DNA of 48,251 nt from Actinomycetota bacterium (GTDB lineage Bacteria > Actinomycetota > Actinomycetes > Actinomycetales > Microbacteriaceae), in NCBI GenBank assembly GCA_041191625.1, contig JBEEON010000030.1, positions 1 through 48,251 on the forward strand, in the 5' to 3' direction. Made by a program: the position numbers and the translations under genes. This document shows positions 8,643 through 19,036 of this stretch, in pieces (the stretch's first letter is position 1; every line of letters starts with the position of its first letter). The notes under the pieces are model-generated. The model searched no databases. It was not told the DNA's origin and saw nothing but the letters and a program-made list of their open reading frames with translations.

Positions 8643-9977
8643 ATGACGGTGCAGGAATACCGAACCGATGTGGTGGTCGTTGGCGCTGGAATGACCGGGC
8701 TGACTGCCGCACGGTTGCTGGCGAAACATGGACGATCTGTTGTTGTGGTCGAGGCGCGGGATCGAATTGGGGGCCGAATTCACACCGAACGCCGGGACGG
8801 GTGGACGACCGACGTCGGCGCTTCGTGGATTCACGGCATCGAGGACAGCCCCATCGCTGATGCCTGTGCCGCCTTGGGAATCGAGTGGCGCGAGTTTACG
8901 GTCGGTAGTTTCCAAGCCGGCGGCCGACCCATCGCGTACTTTGACCCCGCTGGAACGCGACTCGGCCACGACGCCGCGGAACAATTCATCGATGACGTTG
9001 CCGAGTTTGACGAGTCGTTAACCCACACGATTGCCGCAATACCCGCGGGAAGTTCGTATCGTGACGCGGTGAACGACACCCTGGACGTGTTGGGTTGGGA
9101 CCCCGAGAGGTCCGCACGCGTCCGGGAATTCATGCAACATCGCACCGAGGAACAGTACGGCGCACAGTTCACGCGAATCGACGCTCACGGGCTCGACGGC
9201 GAAGAAGTTTTCGGTGATGAGGTTGTGTTCCCCGGCGGATACGACCAACTTCCGCACCGCCTCGGCGAGGGTCTGGACATTCGGAAGAACGAGGCGGTGA
9301 CCCAGATCGAGCGTGGAGCGAACGGAGTCACGGTTGTCACCGCACATTCGGTATTCCGTGCGGATCATGTGATTGTGACAGTGCCCGTCGGCGTGTTGCA
9401 CGCAGGCGAGATCAACTTTGTTCCTGAATTACCCGCCGACACCGTTGACGCGTTGAATGCGTTCGGAATGAATGACTTCGAAAAAGTCATCCTCCGCTAT
9501 GACCACAAGTTTTGGGACGACGATGTCTATGCAATTCGTCGGCAGGGGCCAGCTGGGGATTGGTGGCATTCCTGGTACGACTTGACCAATCTGCACGGTT
9601 CCTTCGCGCTGCTGACCTTTGCCGCCGGGCCGTGTGCGATCGCGACTCGGCACATGTCCGACGACGAGGTCGCGGGTCTCGTGTCCGATGCCTTGCGTGA
9701 AATGTACGGTGACGCAGTTCCCGACCCCATCGCTGTGCACCACACTGCGTGGCGTGATGACCCGTTCGCGCACGGCTCGTACTCGTATCTGCGCGTTGGT
9801 GCGGATACGTCGGCGTTTGAACGACTGGCCGCACCGATTGACGGCGTCCTGCAGATCACTGGCGAGGCAACCTGGCAGGACGACTCCGCCACTGTTGCCG
9901 CCGCCATGTTTTCAGGGCACCGAGCGGCCGAAAATGTGCTGGGTCACCCCATCCCCATCAGTGGGGCGTGGGAGTAG
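8643..9977 (+). CDS. Flavin-dependent amine oxidase (monoamine/polyamine oxidase family)
   Basis: VVVGAGMTGL...EARDRIGGR FAD motif, GASWIHG, WRDDPFAHGSYS, GEAT...SGHRAA. Start is 8643 or 8616. Confidence 0.88.
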   Translation: MTVQEYRTDVVVVGAGMTGLTAARLLAKHGRSVVVVEARDRIGGRIHTERRDGWTTDVGASWIHGIEDSPIADACAALGIEWREFTVGSFQAGGRPIAYFDPAGTRLGHDAAEQFIDDVAEFDESLTHTIAAIPAGSSYRDAVNDTLDVLGWDPERSARVREFMQHRTEEQYGAQFTRIDAHGLDGEEVFGDEVVFPGGYDQLPHRLGEGLDIRKNEAVTQIERGANGVTVVTAHSVFRADHVIVTVPVGVLHAGEINFVPELPADTVDALNAFGMNDFEKVILRYDHKFWDDDVYAIRRQGPAGDWWHSWYDLTNLHGSFALLTFAAGPCAIATRHMSDDEVAGLVSDALREMYGDAVPDPIAVHHTAWRDDPFAHGSYSYLRVGADTSAFERLAAPIDGVLQITGEATWQDDSATVAAAMFSGHRAAENVLGHPIPISGAWE

Positions 9978-10069
9978 CCATTATCTGGATGAGGCGCGAA
10001 GGGACGTGATGCGCGCTCGGCACAATTTTGCTGTTGGCTCGAACGGGCTTCACTGCGATAATTGCGGCC

Positions 10070-11254
10070 ATGAGCATCGACATCGACGCGGTGCGCGCTG
10101 AAACTCCTGGTATCGGGCGCGGCACTTTCCTCCACTCCGCGGGTTCCTCACTTCCGACCCAGACAACTCTCGACGCAGTAATTTCCCACCTTCGTCGTGA
10201 GTCCGAAATCGGGGGTTACGCGGCCGCGGTCGAAGCCACCGACGTGCTCGCAGCGGGTCGGGTGGACCTTGCAGCATTGGTGAATGGCGCACCGAGTGAA
10301 ATCGCGCTGACGACCAGTGACTCGGCCGCGTGGGTAAAAGCATGGTGGGGGTGGGTCGCAGGCGGCAATGTACCCAGCGGCAGCACCGTGCTGATTGACC
10401 GCCTTTTCTACCACTCCCACTATTCCGCGCTGGAGTCCACGCGTAAGCTTGTCGACTTCACAATCGAAGTGATGCCCTCTTTGCCCGATGGAACAACCGA
10501 TATCTTTGCTGTCACAATCGGGGACCACATCAGTGTCGTGTGTGCCACCATGATCGCCACGCACTGTGGGAACGTGAATCCCATATCCGAACTCGGATTG
10601 ATTGCCTGCGCGGCCGGTGTCCCCCTTTTCGTTGATGCATGCCAGGGGTTGGGGCAGTTGCAGCTGGACGTTCGCGAACTCGGGTGTGACGTCTTGACGG
10701 CTACAGGTCGCAAATTCCTGCGCGCGCCTCGAGGCACGGGAATGTTGTGGGTGTCGTCGGACATTGTCGACCGGTTTGTACCTCCAGGACTCGACGCGAC
10801 CAGCACACGGTGGAAATTGGGTGGTGAATTGGACATCACCTCGACGACTGGTCGTTTCGAGGAGTTCGAGCTGCCCTACGCCGCAATGGTTGGTCTAGCC
10901 GCGGCTGCTCGGCAGGCCCTGGAAATTGGTATGCCCGCAATCGAAGAACGCGCAGCCGGTCTCGCCGCGGATTTGCGCACGAGCCTCGGGGCTGTATCCG
11001 GCATAACGGTTCACGAAACAGCAGTACGTCGAAGCGCGATCGTTACGTTCTCGGTCGAAGGAGTTGCGCCCTCAGCAGTGGTGAATGCGGCAGCCGATGC
11101 AGGAATCACCATCGGCGAATCTACTTCTGATTGGTCCACTCTCGATATGAGCGCGAAGGGGCTACATCGGGTCGTACGTGCCTCACCCCACTACTTCAAC
11201 ACCGAATCTGAAGTGGAACACCTCGTCGATACGGTTGAGCTCCTTGTGCGCTAG
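10070..11254 (+). CDS. Class V PLP-dependent enzyme (cysteine desulfurase/C-S lyase-like)
   Basis: FLHSAGSS, VDACQ, ATGRKFLRAPRGTG (PLP lysine), VRASPHYFN. Confidence 0.85.
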   Translation: MSIDIDAVRAETPGIGRGTFLHSAGSSLPTQTTLDAVISHLRRESEIGGYAAAVEATDVLAAGRVDLAALVNGAPSEIALTTSDSAAWVKAWWGWVAGGNVPSGSTVLIDRLFYHSHYSALESTRKLVDFTIEVMPSLPDGTTDIFAVTIGDHISVVCATMIATHCGNVNPISELGLIACAAGVPLFVDACQGLGQLQLDVRELGCDVLTATGRKFLRAPRGTGMLWVSSDIVDRFVPPGLDATSTRWKLGGELDITSTTGRFEEFELPYAAMVGLAAAARQALEIGMPAIEERAAGLAADLRTSLGAVSGITVHETAVRRSAIVTFSVEGVAPSAVVNAAADAGITIGESTSDWSTLDMSAKGLHRVVRASPHYFNTESEVEHLVDTVELLVR

Positions 11255-11387
11255 GTCCCTTTGCGCCATTCCGAATTGCAAACGCCCCAACCGTCTGATC
11301 CGTAGTCAGACGGTTACGTTCACTCCCTTGTAAATCACGTGTCGCATCAGATTGAGGTGCACACCGAAAATGAGCACCAACGCAACA

Positions 11388-11415
11388 GCGGGCCACACGT
11401 TTCCGTGTGACCCGC
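11388..11415 (-). terminator. Putative ppa terminator
   Basis: Minus-strand hairpin GCGGGTCACACG-GAAA-CGTGTGGCCCGC, 14 nt after the ppa stop. Confidence 0.65.
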
Positions 11416-11429
11416 CGTAAAAGTGGTTG

Positions 11430-11921
11430 TTAGTGACCGTGGCCGGGGAAGCGGGCGATGCCCTCTTCGACGATGGCTTCAGCCTCGGCGCGGCCCTGCC
11501 AACCCTCGGTCTTGACCCACTTGCCGGGCTCGAGGTCCTTGTAGTGCTCAAAAAAGTGTTCGATTTCCTTCTTCGTGAACTCGGGGATGTCGTCGATGTC
11601 CTGGATGTGAGCCCAACGGGGGTCCTTGTCGGGAACGGCGATCACCTTGGCGTCGCTGCCGCCGTCATCGGTCATGTTGAATACGGCGACGGGACGAACC
11701 TTGACACCAACACCGGGGAACAGGGGGTAGTCCAGCAGCACGAGCACGTCTACGGGGTCGCCGTCGAGTCCCAGGGTGTTCTCGAAGTAACCGTAGTCGG
11801 TGGGGTACACAAAGGTCGTGTACAGCACGCGGTCGAGGTACACGCGACCGGTCTCGTGGTCGACTTCGTACTTGTTGCGGCTTCCCTTGGGGATTTCAAT
11901 TACGGCGGCGTATCCGGCCAT
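11430..11921 (-). CDS. ppa: Inorganic pyrophosphatase (family I)
   Basis: [33 protein letters not shown]. Confidence 0.97.
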   Translation of the reverse strand: MAGYAAVIEIPKGSRNKYEVDHETGRVYLDRVLYTTFVYPTDYGYFENTLGLDGDPVDVLVLLDYPLFPGVGVKVRPVAVFNMTDDGGSDAKVIAVPDKDPRWAHIQDIDDIPEFTKKEIEHFFEHYKDLEPGKWVKTEGWQGRAEAEAIVEEGIARFPGHGH

Positions 11922-11964
11922 GTTCGCTCCTTCAGTGTGAACTGTTCTGGGGTAACCTTACCGC

Positions 11965-12972
11965 GTGAGCGACCCCAGCCCTCAGCGCATGCCCCGCCTT
12001 TCGCCGGCGGTTGCGCGGGTGCGTGTGGCGGTCCGGCCGGTCGTCGAATCGTGTGTTCGCGAGCGCCGCGGTACCCCGATGGTGGTGGCGTTCAGCGGTG
12101 GCGCCGATTCATTGGCGTTGCTGCGGGCGACCTGCTTCGAGGCGCGTCGTCACGGTATCCCGGTGGCCGCCGTCATTGTCGACCACGGGTTGCAGGCGGG
12201 TTCCGCCGAGGTCGCTGCGGCGGCGGCGGGGTGGGCCGAACAGGCCGGCTGCGACATTGTCCGTGTGGTTCCCGTCACGGTGGGGACTACCGGCGGGATG
12301 GAGGCCGCGGCCCGGGACGCACGGTATTCGGCGCTCGCCGATGTGGCGGCGGATTTGGGGGCCGACACCGTTCTGGTGGGCCACACCGCGGACGACCAGG
12401 CCGAAACGGTGTTGCTGGGGTTGACCCGAGGCTCGGGCCCGACGAGTTTGCGGGGGATGCCCGATCGCGACGGTGTGTTTGTGCGCCCGCTGTTGACAGT
12501 GACTCGCGAAACGACCCGAGCCGCCTGCGAGGCCGAGGGGCTGCAGTGGTGGGATGACCCCCACAACGTGGACCACTCATTTGTGCGTGTTCGGATTCGC
12601 GAAAAGGTTCTGCCGCAGCTGGAGAAGGACTTGGGCCCCGGAATTTCCGCTGCTCTTGTGCGCACGGCGCACCTGTTGCGCGACGATGACGACGCTCTGA
12701 ACCAATTGGCGCAGGCCGAATTCGACGCACACCGTTTGATAGATCTCACCGCGGTGGAATTCCCCGTTTCCGCGCTAATCCGCCAGTTTTCCGCCATCCG
12801 CAGCCGGGTGATTCGGCTGGCAGCACACGCCGCCGGAATTGGCGCCCTGAGTTCCACCCATACGGCGGCCATTGATGCGCTGGTTACCGACTGGCACGGA
12901 CAGAAAGCCATCAATGTCCCGGGCGGTAATGTGGAACGACACGAGGGACGACTCGTGTTCACCGCAACATAA
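11965..12972 (+). CDS. tilS: tRNA(Ile)-lysidine synthetase
   Basis: SGGADS PP-loop, VDHGLQ, EAAARDARY, GHTADDQAET, DDPHN; tilS-hpt-ftsH synteny. Confidence 0.95.
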   Translation: MSDPSPQRMPRLSPAVARVRVAVRPVVESCVRERRGTPMVVAFSGGADSLALLRATCFEARRHGIPVAAVIVDHGLQAGSAEVAAAAAGWAEQAGCDIVRVVPVTVGTTGGMEAAARDARYSALADVAADLGADTVLVGHTADDQAETVLLGLTRGSGPTSLRGMPDRDGVFVRPLLTVTRETTRAACEAEGLQWWDDPHNVDHSFVRVRIREKVLPQLEKDLGPGISAALVRTAHLLRDDDDALNQLAQAEFDAHRLIDLTAVEFPVSALIRQFSAIRSRVIRLAAHAAGIGALSSTHTAAIDALVTDWHGQKAINVPGGNVERHEGRLVFTAT

Positions 12973-12980
12973 GAGGGCAT

Positions 12981-13532
12981 ATGCGTTACGACGACATCCG
13001 CGAAGACCTGGACGAACTGATTGTGAGCGAGGAACAAATCCTGGCGCGACTGGACGAACTGGCACGCGAGGTCGAGCGCGATTACGAGGGCAGCACGCCT
13101 CTGATTCTGGGTGTTTTGAAGGGCGCGGTCATGGTGGTGTCCGATTTCGCGCGGGCGCTGCGCATCCACGCCGACATGGACTGGATGGCGGTGTCGTCGT
13201 ATGGCACCGGCACGGTCTCGAGCGGCGTGGTGAAAATCCTCAAGGACCTCGACACCGATGTCACCGGTCGCGACGTTCTGATCGTCGAGGACATCATCGA
13301 CTCGGGGCTGACGCTGGCATGGTTGCGTGACAACCTGATCTCGCGCGGCGCTAAATCGGTCAAAATCCTCACCGCACTGCGCAAACCCGATGCCGTTATT
13401 TCCGATGTTGTTCCCGATTACCTCGGTTTTGACATCCCCAACAAGTTCATTGTCGGTTATGGCTGCGATTATGCAGAGAAGTACCGCAACCTGCGGGACG
13501 TGGCGGTCTTGTCGCCCAAGATGTACTCCTAG
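12981..13532 (+). CDS. hpt: Hypoxanthine phosphoribosyltransferase
   Basis: GVLKGA, VSSYG, VLIVEDIIDSGLTL PRPP motif, YRNL. Confidence 0.97.
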   Translation: MRYDDIREDLDELIVSEEQILARLDELAREVERDYEGSTPLILGVLKGAVMVVSDFARALRIHADMDWMAVSSYGTGTVSSGVVKILKDLDTDVTGRDVLIVEDIIDSGLTLAWLRDNLISRGAKSVKILTALRKPDAVISDVVPDYLGFDIPNKFIVGYGCDYAEKYRNLRDVAVLSPKMYS

Positions 13533-13610
13533 AGCGAATTCCTGGGTAAAGCCTCACTATTCGCGGGTACTCTGGCGTAACGACTTTCTATTGACGGAGT
13601 GATTGAGCGT

Positions 13611-15575
13611 ATGAAGAAAATGGCTCGTGGCCCTTGGCTGTACATTGTGGCCGCCTTGGCAGTGTTGTGGGTCGGACTCTTGCTGTTCGGTCGCGTCACC
13701 TACTCGCCTATTTCGACCAAGGAGGGTCTGGAATTCCTGTCGTCGGGACAGGTTGCTTCGGTTGTCGTCACCGACCGCGAACAGCGCGTCGACATGGAAT
13801 TGAAGACTCCGCACGAGACCTATGGTTCGAACGTTCAGTTCTATTACGTTGCACCCCGCGGACTCGAGGTCCTGACGGTTATCACCGAGGCCAACCCTGA
13901 AAAGTTCACCGACAAGGTGCCCACCGAGGAATGGTGGCAGGCGCTTCTGGGGCTGCTGTTCCCCTTCATTCTTATTGCCGCACTGTTCTGGTTCATGATG
14001 TCGCGCGCCGGCGGTGCGGGTGGTGCGATGCAGTTCGGTCGCTCCAAAGCGAAGCTGTTCAACAAGGAAGACCCGCAGGTCACTTTCGCCGATGTGGCCG
14101 GTTCCGACGAGGCAATCGAGGAACTCAACGAGATCAAGGACTTCCTGAAGTCGCCCGAGCGTTTCCAGAAACTGGGTGCCAAGATCCCCAAGGGCGTGCT
14201 GTTGTACGGCCCTCCCGGCACAGGTAAGACCCTGTTGGCGCGCGCCGTCGCCGGCGAGGCCGGTGTGCCGTTCTACTCGATTTCGGGTTCCGACTTCGTC
14301 GAGATGTTTGTCGGTGTCGGCGCCAGCCGCGTTCGAGACCTGTTCCAGATCGCCAAGGACAACGCCCCCGCGATCATCTTTATCGACGAAATCGATGCCG
14401 TCGGTCGACACCGTGGCGCCGGTATGGGTGGCGGTCATGACGAGCGCGAGCAGACCCTCAACCAGCTTCTCGTCGAGATGGACGGTTTCGACCCCAAGGC
14501 CAATGTCATCATGATTGCCGCCACGAACCGCCCCGACATTTTGGACCCCGCGCTGTTGCGCCCCGGTCGTTTCGACCGCCAGATTCAGGTCGATGCCCCC
14601 GACTCGAAGGGCCGCGCCCAGATTCTATCGGTGCACTCCAAGGGCAAGCCGATGGCGAAGGACGTCGACCTCGAGGTCCTGGCGCGCAAGACCCCGGGCT
14701 ACACGGGCGCGGACCTGGCCAACGTCATCAACGAGGCCGCCCTGTTGACCGCTCGTGCGGGCAAGAAGCAGATTACGAACGAGGCGCTCGACGAGGCCGT
14801 CGACCGCGTGATGGCCGGACCGCAGCGCCGTTCGCGTGTGATGAAGGACAAGGAGCGTCTGATCACCGCGTACCACGAGGGTGGTCACGCCCTCGCCGCC
14901 GCCGCGATGAACCACACGGACCCGGTCACGAAGGTCACCATCCTGCCGCGCGGACGCGCCTTGGGGTACACCCTCGTCGTGCCGTTGGACGACAAGTATT
15001 CGATCACCCGCAATGAACTGCTCGACCAGCTGACCTATGCCATGGGCGGCCGTGTCGCCGAAGAAATCGTGTTCCACGACCCCACCACCGGCGCATCGAA
15101 CGACATCGAAAAGGCGACCAACATCGCCCGCCGCATGGTCACCGATTACGGCATGAGTGCAACGGTGGGTGCCGTGAAGTTGGGTGCCGCGAGCGGTGAA
15201 ATGTTCCTGGGTCGCGACATGGGTCACGGTCGTGATTACAGCGAGACGCTGGCGCAGCAGATTGACCTCGAGATTCGTGCGCTGGTCGATGCCGCGCATG
15301 ACGAGGCCTGGAAGGTGCTCAACGATAACCGCGAGATTCTGGACCGTCTGGCCGCCGAACTGTTGGAAAAGGAAACCCTCGACCACAACCAGCTGGCCGA
15401 CATCTTTGTCGGGGTCAAGCGATTGCCGGAACGCAAGCAGTGGCTGTCCAGCAAGGGTCGTCCCGTGTCGTCGAAGCCTCCTGTCGCCGTGCCCGCGCGT
15501 ACCGAGCAGGCCGATGCGCCCGCCGCAAAGCCGGCTCGTCGCCCCCGCAAGCCCGCGGCCAAGGCGGCCGAGTAA
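13611..15575 (+). CDS. ftsH: ATP-dependent zinc metalloprotease FtsH
   Basis: Two TM segments, Walker A GPPGTGKT, Walker [21 protein letters not shown] zinc motif. Alternative start 13599. Confidence 0.98.
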   Translation: MKKMARGPWLYIVAALAVLWVGLLLFGRVTYSPISTKEGLEFLSSGQVASVVVTDREQRVDMELKTPHETYGSNVQFYYVAPRGLEVLTVITEANPEKFTDKVPTEEWWQALLGLLFPFILIAALFWFMMSRAGGAGGAMQFGRSKAKLFNKEDPQVTFADVAGSDEAIEELNEIKDFLKSPERFQKLGAKIPKGVLLYGPPGTGKTLLARAVAGEAGVPFYSISGSDFVEMFVGVGASRVRDLFQIAKDNAPAIIFIDEIDAVGRHRGAGMGGGHDEREQTLNQLLVEMDGFDPKANVIMIAATNRPDILDPALLRPGRFDRQIQVDAPDSKGRAQILSVHSKGKPMAKDVDLEVLARKTPGYTGADLANVINEAALLTARAGKKQITNEALDEAVDRVMAGPQRRSRVMKDKERLITAYHEGGHALAAAAMNHTDPVTKVTILPRGRALGYTLVVPLDDKYSITRNELLDQLTYAMGGRVAEEIVFHDPTTGASNDIEKATNIARRMVTDYGMSATVGAVKLGAASGEMFLGRDMGHGRDYSETLAQQIDLEIRALVDAAHDEAWKVLNDNREILDRLAAELLEKETLDHNQLADIFVGVKRLPERKQWLSSKGRPVSSKPPVAVPARTEQADAPAAKPARRPRKPAAKAAE

Positions 15576-15578
15576 CCA

Positions 15579-16157
15579 GTGTCCGTCGATCGCGAACGCA
15601 TCGCCGCGGCGGTACGGGAAATCCTGGAATCCATCGGCGAGGACCCGACCCGTGCGGGACTGACAGAAACCCCCTATCGGGTCGCCGAAGCTTTGGGTGA
15701 ACTGTATGCCGGCGTCGGCGTTGACCCCGTGGGCATTCTGACCGAGCCCGGTTCATGCGCCGATGTCGACACGCACGACACGGTCATCGTTCGCGGCATT
15801 CGTTTCCGTTCCATGTGCGAACACCATCTGCTGCCGTTCCATGGCGTCGCGCACGTGGCCTATGTCCCCGAATCCACGGTTGTGGGACTCGGTCGTATCG
15901 CCCGACTGGTCGACATCGTCGCGTCGCGCCCGCAGGTGCAAGAGCGGCTGGGGCAGGAAATTGGCGAGGCTCTGACCCACGGTGTTGCCGCCCGAGGAAC
16001 CCTCGTCGTGCTCGAAGCCACACACGAATGCGTTGCCGCCCGAGGCTCGCGCCAGGAATCGGCGGTTGCCGTGACCGTGTCCTCGGCCGGTGAACTGGCG
16101 GAACCCGCCGCACGCACCGCCACTCTGGCTCTCATCGGAGCGAGCGGTGACCTCTAA
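15579..16157 (+). CDS. folE: GTP cyclohydrolase I
   Basis: GEDPTRAGLTETP, SMCEHHLLPF, PQVQERL, HECV. Confidence 0.95.
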   Translation: MSVDRERIAAAVREILESIGEDPTRAGLTETPYRVAEALGELYAGVGVDPVGILTEPGSCADVDTHDTVIVRGIRFRSMCEHHLLPFHGVAHVAYVPESTVVGLGRIARLVDIVASRPQVQERLGQEIGEALTHGVAARGTLVVLEATHECVAARGSRQESAVAVTVSSAGELAEPAARTATLALIGASGDL

Positions 16158-16989
16158 CACCGCACTCAGTGCGTCCGCTTCGAGCCCCGTGAACACTGCC
16201 GTGTGGGGTGTCCTCAACGTCACCCCGGATTCGTTCAGTGACGGCGGATTGTGGCTGAACCCCGACAACGCGTTGGCTCACGCGCGCGACATGGTGGCCG
16301 CCGGTGCGGCAGTCATCGATGTGGGTGGCGAATCGACGAGGCCGGGCGCCGAACGGGTCGACGTCGCCGAGGAACTGCGCCGAGTGATTCCCGTAATCCG
16401 CGAATTGGCCGAGTCGGGGATCGCGGTGTCCGTCGACACCATGCGCGCCGAGGTCGCCGCCGCCGCGGTCCGTGCGGGCGCCTCGTATATCAATGACGTG
16501 TCCGGCGGTCTGGCCGATGCCCGGATGGCGGCCACGGCCGCGGACTCCGACGCCGTCTTTGTCGCCATGCACTGGCGCGGCCACAGTGTGACCATGCAGG
16601 ACAACCCGCACTATGACGACGTGGTCGCCGACGTCTGTGCCGAAATTGCGGAACGACTCGAACACCTTATCGGGGCGGGCATTCCGTCTGCTCGGTTATG
16701 GGTCGATCCGGGTCTGGGGTTCGCCAAGACAGCCGACCATAACTGGGCGTTGCTGCGCGGGCTCGACCGGCTGATTGCGTTGGGGTGCCCCGTGTTGGTC
16801 GGGGCGTCCCGAAAGCGTTTCCTCGCCGAATTTTCTGCGGAACCCGCGGGGCGTGACCTGCCCACCGCGGTGATCAGCGTTCTCAGCGCGGCGGCGGGTG
16901 CCCGAGCCGTTCGTGTGCACAACGTGGCTGACACCGTGACCGCTCTGCGCGTGGCAGAGTTGTGGTCGAACGGAGGCCACAATGTCTGA
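16147..16989 (+). CDS. folP: Dihydropteroate synthase
   Basis: GVLNVTPDSFSDGG, DVGGESTRPG, DPGLGFAK, GASRKRF, VRVHNV. Start uncertain (16147 or 16189). Confidence 0.95.
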   Translation: MTSNTALSASASSPVNTAVWGVLNVTPDSFSDGGLWLNPDNALAHARDMVAAGAAVIDVGGESTRPGAERVDVAEELRRVIPVIRELAESGIAVSVDTMRAEVAAAAVRAGASYINDVSGGLADARMAATAADSDAVFVAMHWRGHSVTMQDNPHYDDVVADVCAEIAERLEHLIGAGIPSARLWVDPGLGFAKTADHNWALLRGLDRLIALGCPVLVGASRKRFLAEFSAEPAGRDLPTAVISVLSAAAGARAVRVHNVADTVTALRVAELWSNGGHNV

Positions 16990-17335
16990 CGAAATTCGCG
17001 TGCGCGGGTTACGAGTGTTCGCGCACCACGGCGTCTTTGACCACGAACGTGCCAACGGTCAAAACTTTGTTATCGACATCGATGCTCGCACCTCGTTTGC
17101 CGGCGCCGGCGACGATATCGCCCGCACGATTCACTATGGCGACATGTGCCTCGCGGTCGTCGCGGCGGTCCAAACCGACCCGGTGGACCTGATCGAAACG
17201 GTGGCCGAACGTGTAGCCAACGTCGTGTTGGGAATGGGCGCCGATTCGGTGCGGGTCGAAGTCCACAAACCCGATGCGCCGGTCCCCGCCGATTTTCACG
17301 ACATCTCGGTCGTCATCGACAGGTCACGATCGTGA
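16982..17335 (+). CDS. folB: Dihydroneopterin aldolase
   Basis: AHHGVFDHERANGQNF, TIHYG, LIETVAE, VHKPDAP. Confidence 0.94.
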   Translation: MSDEIRVRGLRVFAHHGVFDHERANGQNFVIDIDARTSFAGAGDDIARTIHYGDMCLAVVAAVQTDPVDLIETVAERVANVVLGMGADSVRVEVHKPDAPVPADFHDISVVIDRSRS

Positions 17336-17799
17336 CCCACGCCGTCGTCGCACTGGGGGCGAATCTCGGCGACCGTGACGCCGTCATGCATGCCGCGCTC
17401 GCTGCGCTGGACATGGTGCCGGGCACAACGGTGGCCGCCGTGTCCTCGTTCCGCGAGACCGTGGCGTTGACCGCCTCGGGTCCCGACGACTCGAAGCCCG
17501 CGTACCTCAACGCGGTGGCGACTCTGGACACCGAACTGTCGGCCCACGCACTGCTGGCACACCTGCACGAGATCGAGGCGGAACACGGCCGTGTGCGCAT
17601 CGAGCGCTGGGGCGACCGCACCCTGGACCTCGACCTTATTGTCTGGGGTGACCTGATCGAGGACGGCAACCTGGTGGTTCCGCATCCTCGTGCGCACGAA
17701 CGCGATTTTGTCCTGGAGCCCTGGTTCGAAATTGAGCCCGACGCCGTACTGCCCGGCCACGGTCCGATTCGCGACCTCGTGCGCGAGGTTGGCCCATGA
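17332..17799 (+). CDS. folK: 2-amino-4-hydroxy-6-hydroxymethyldihydropteridine diphosphokinase
   Basis: ALGANLGD, YLNAV, RWGDRTLDLD, PHPRAHERDFVLEP. GTGA overlap with folB. Confidence 0.95.
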   Translation: MTHAVVALGANLGDRDAVMHAALAALDMVPGTTVAAVSSFRETVALTASGPDDSKPAYLNAVATLDTELSAHALLAHLHEIEAEHGRVRIERWGDRTLDLDLIVWGDLIEDGNLVVPHPRAHERDFVLEPWFEIEPDAVLPGHGPIRDLVREVGP

Positions 17800-18290
17800 C
17801 CCGCACCCGTCCGCTCGTCCTCGTCCTTACCGCCCTCGTCGGCGCCCCGGTCGGGTACCTGCTCGACCACGTCCTCGTGTCGAACGGCGGATCGGTCTAT
17901 GCGGTGCCGTGGTCATTCACCGCGACCCTCGTGTTGTTTGCGGTCGTCATCGCGGTATTAGGTTTCGGTGTGCGCCGTTCGCTGACGCCCGGTTCCGCTT
18001 TCCGCGAACTGCGCGGTTCCGCGGTCACCGTGCTGCGAGCTGCCAAGGCCATGGCCATTGCGGGGTCGTTCGAGGTCGGGTACCTCGTCGGATTCCTCGT
18101 CTTCATGATCACGCGCCCGGTCGTCCCCGAATTTGCGGTGCCGCCGGCCGCTGGTGGCGCGATTGCGTCCGTGCTCGTCGTCATCGCCGCGCTGATCGCG
18201 GAACGATTCTGCGAGGTTCCTCCCGCGGATTCCGAGACGGATTCGTCACACGGCGAACCACAGGACCCGACGGTCGAGCCCGCATGCTGA
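17796..18290 (+). CDS. DUF3180-like membrane protein
   Basis: Four hydrophobic segments, AAKA and AERFCEVPP motifs; usual position downstream of folK in actinobacteria. Confidence 0.75.
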   Translation: MTRTRPLVLVLTALVGAPVGYLLDHVLVSNGGSVYAVPWSFTATLVLFAVVIAVLGFGVRRSLTPGSAFRELRGSAVTVLRAAKAMAIAGSFEVGYLVGFLVFMITRPVVPEFAVPPAAGGAIASVLVVIAALIAERFCEVPPADSETDSSHGEPQDPTVEPAC

Positions 18291-19036
18291 CGCCCGGTCG
18301 CCTCGATGTCGGACTCGTGGGAACGGGCAAGGCCCTGCCCATCGTGGGTCGCGCTCTGGCCGGTGCCGGTCATTTCGTGTGGACAATCACCGAACCGCTG
18401 CCCGCCGACCGTGAACGGGTCGTCTCGTTGCTGCGTGGGGTGTCGATTCGATCCGCCGAGGAGGTCATCCACGCCTCGGACCTCGTGATCCTCAGCGTCG
18501 ACGACGACTCGTTGCCCGACCTGGTCGCCTCGTTGGCCGGTTTCTGGAAACCCGGCCAGATCGTCGTCCACACGTCGCCGAACCATGGCATTGGGGTGCT
18601 TGAACCCGCTTCGAACGAGGGCGTAATTCCCCTGGCAGTATTCCCCGTGATCGAATTCACGGGGACATCCCTTGACCTACACCGACTGAAGGACGCCCAC
18701 TTTGCCATCACCGCGTCACCGATGGCACTCCCGATTGCACAAGCACTGTCCGTCGAAATGGGTGGCGAACCCTTGGTGATCGACGAAGCAGACCGTCCTG
18801 CATTCGCCGAATCAATTTCCGCGGTCGCCGACTTTTCCCGTGCGATCATCGAGCAGGCGGCGTTTGGTTTGCACGAGATTGGGGTGGAGCATCCGGGTGC
18901 GGTGCTGCGCGCCTTGGCGCATTCGTCCATCGAGGAAGCGCTGCGACGTGCATCCGACGGTGCGGTCGACCCCATGACGATGTGGCTCGAGGACGAGCTC
19001 GACGAACGAGAGCGACCCGACAACGCGGATGACTAA
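18284..19036 (+). CDS. Rossmann-like/DUF2520 protein (PanG/Rv3603c-like)
   Basis: RLDVGLVGTG, DLVILSVDDD, PGQIVVHTS, FTGTSLDL, EMGGEP; directly upstream of panC. Confidence 0.78.
   Translation: MLTPGRLDVGLVGTGKALPIVGRALAGAGHFVWTITEPLPADRERVVSLLRGVSIRSAEEVIHASDLVILSVDDDSLPDLVASLAGFWKPGQIVVHTSPNHGIGVLEPASNEGVIPLAVFPVIEFTGTSLDLHRLKDAHFAITASPMALPIAQALSVEMGGEPLVIDEADRPAFAESISAVADFSRAIIEQAAFGLHEIGVEHPGAVLRALAHSSIEEALRRASDGAVDPMTMWLEDELDERERPDNADD

Noticed and set aside
11289-11315. CCGTCTGA inverted repeat resembling the Neisseria DNA uptake sequence
   Set aside because: Imperfect match, no over-representation seen in the window and wrong lineage; more simply a terminator or operator.
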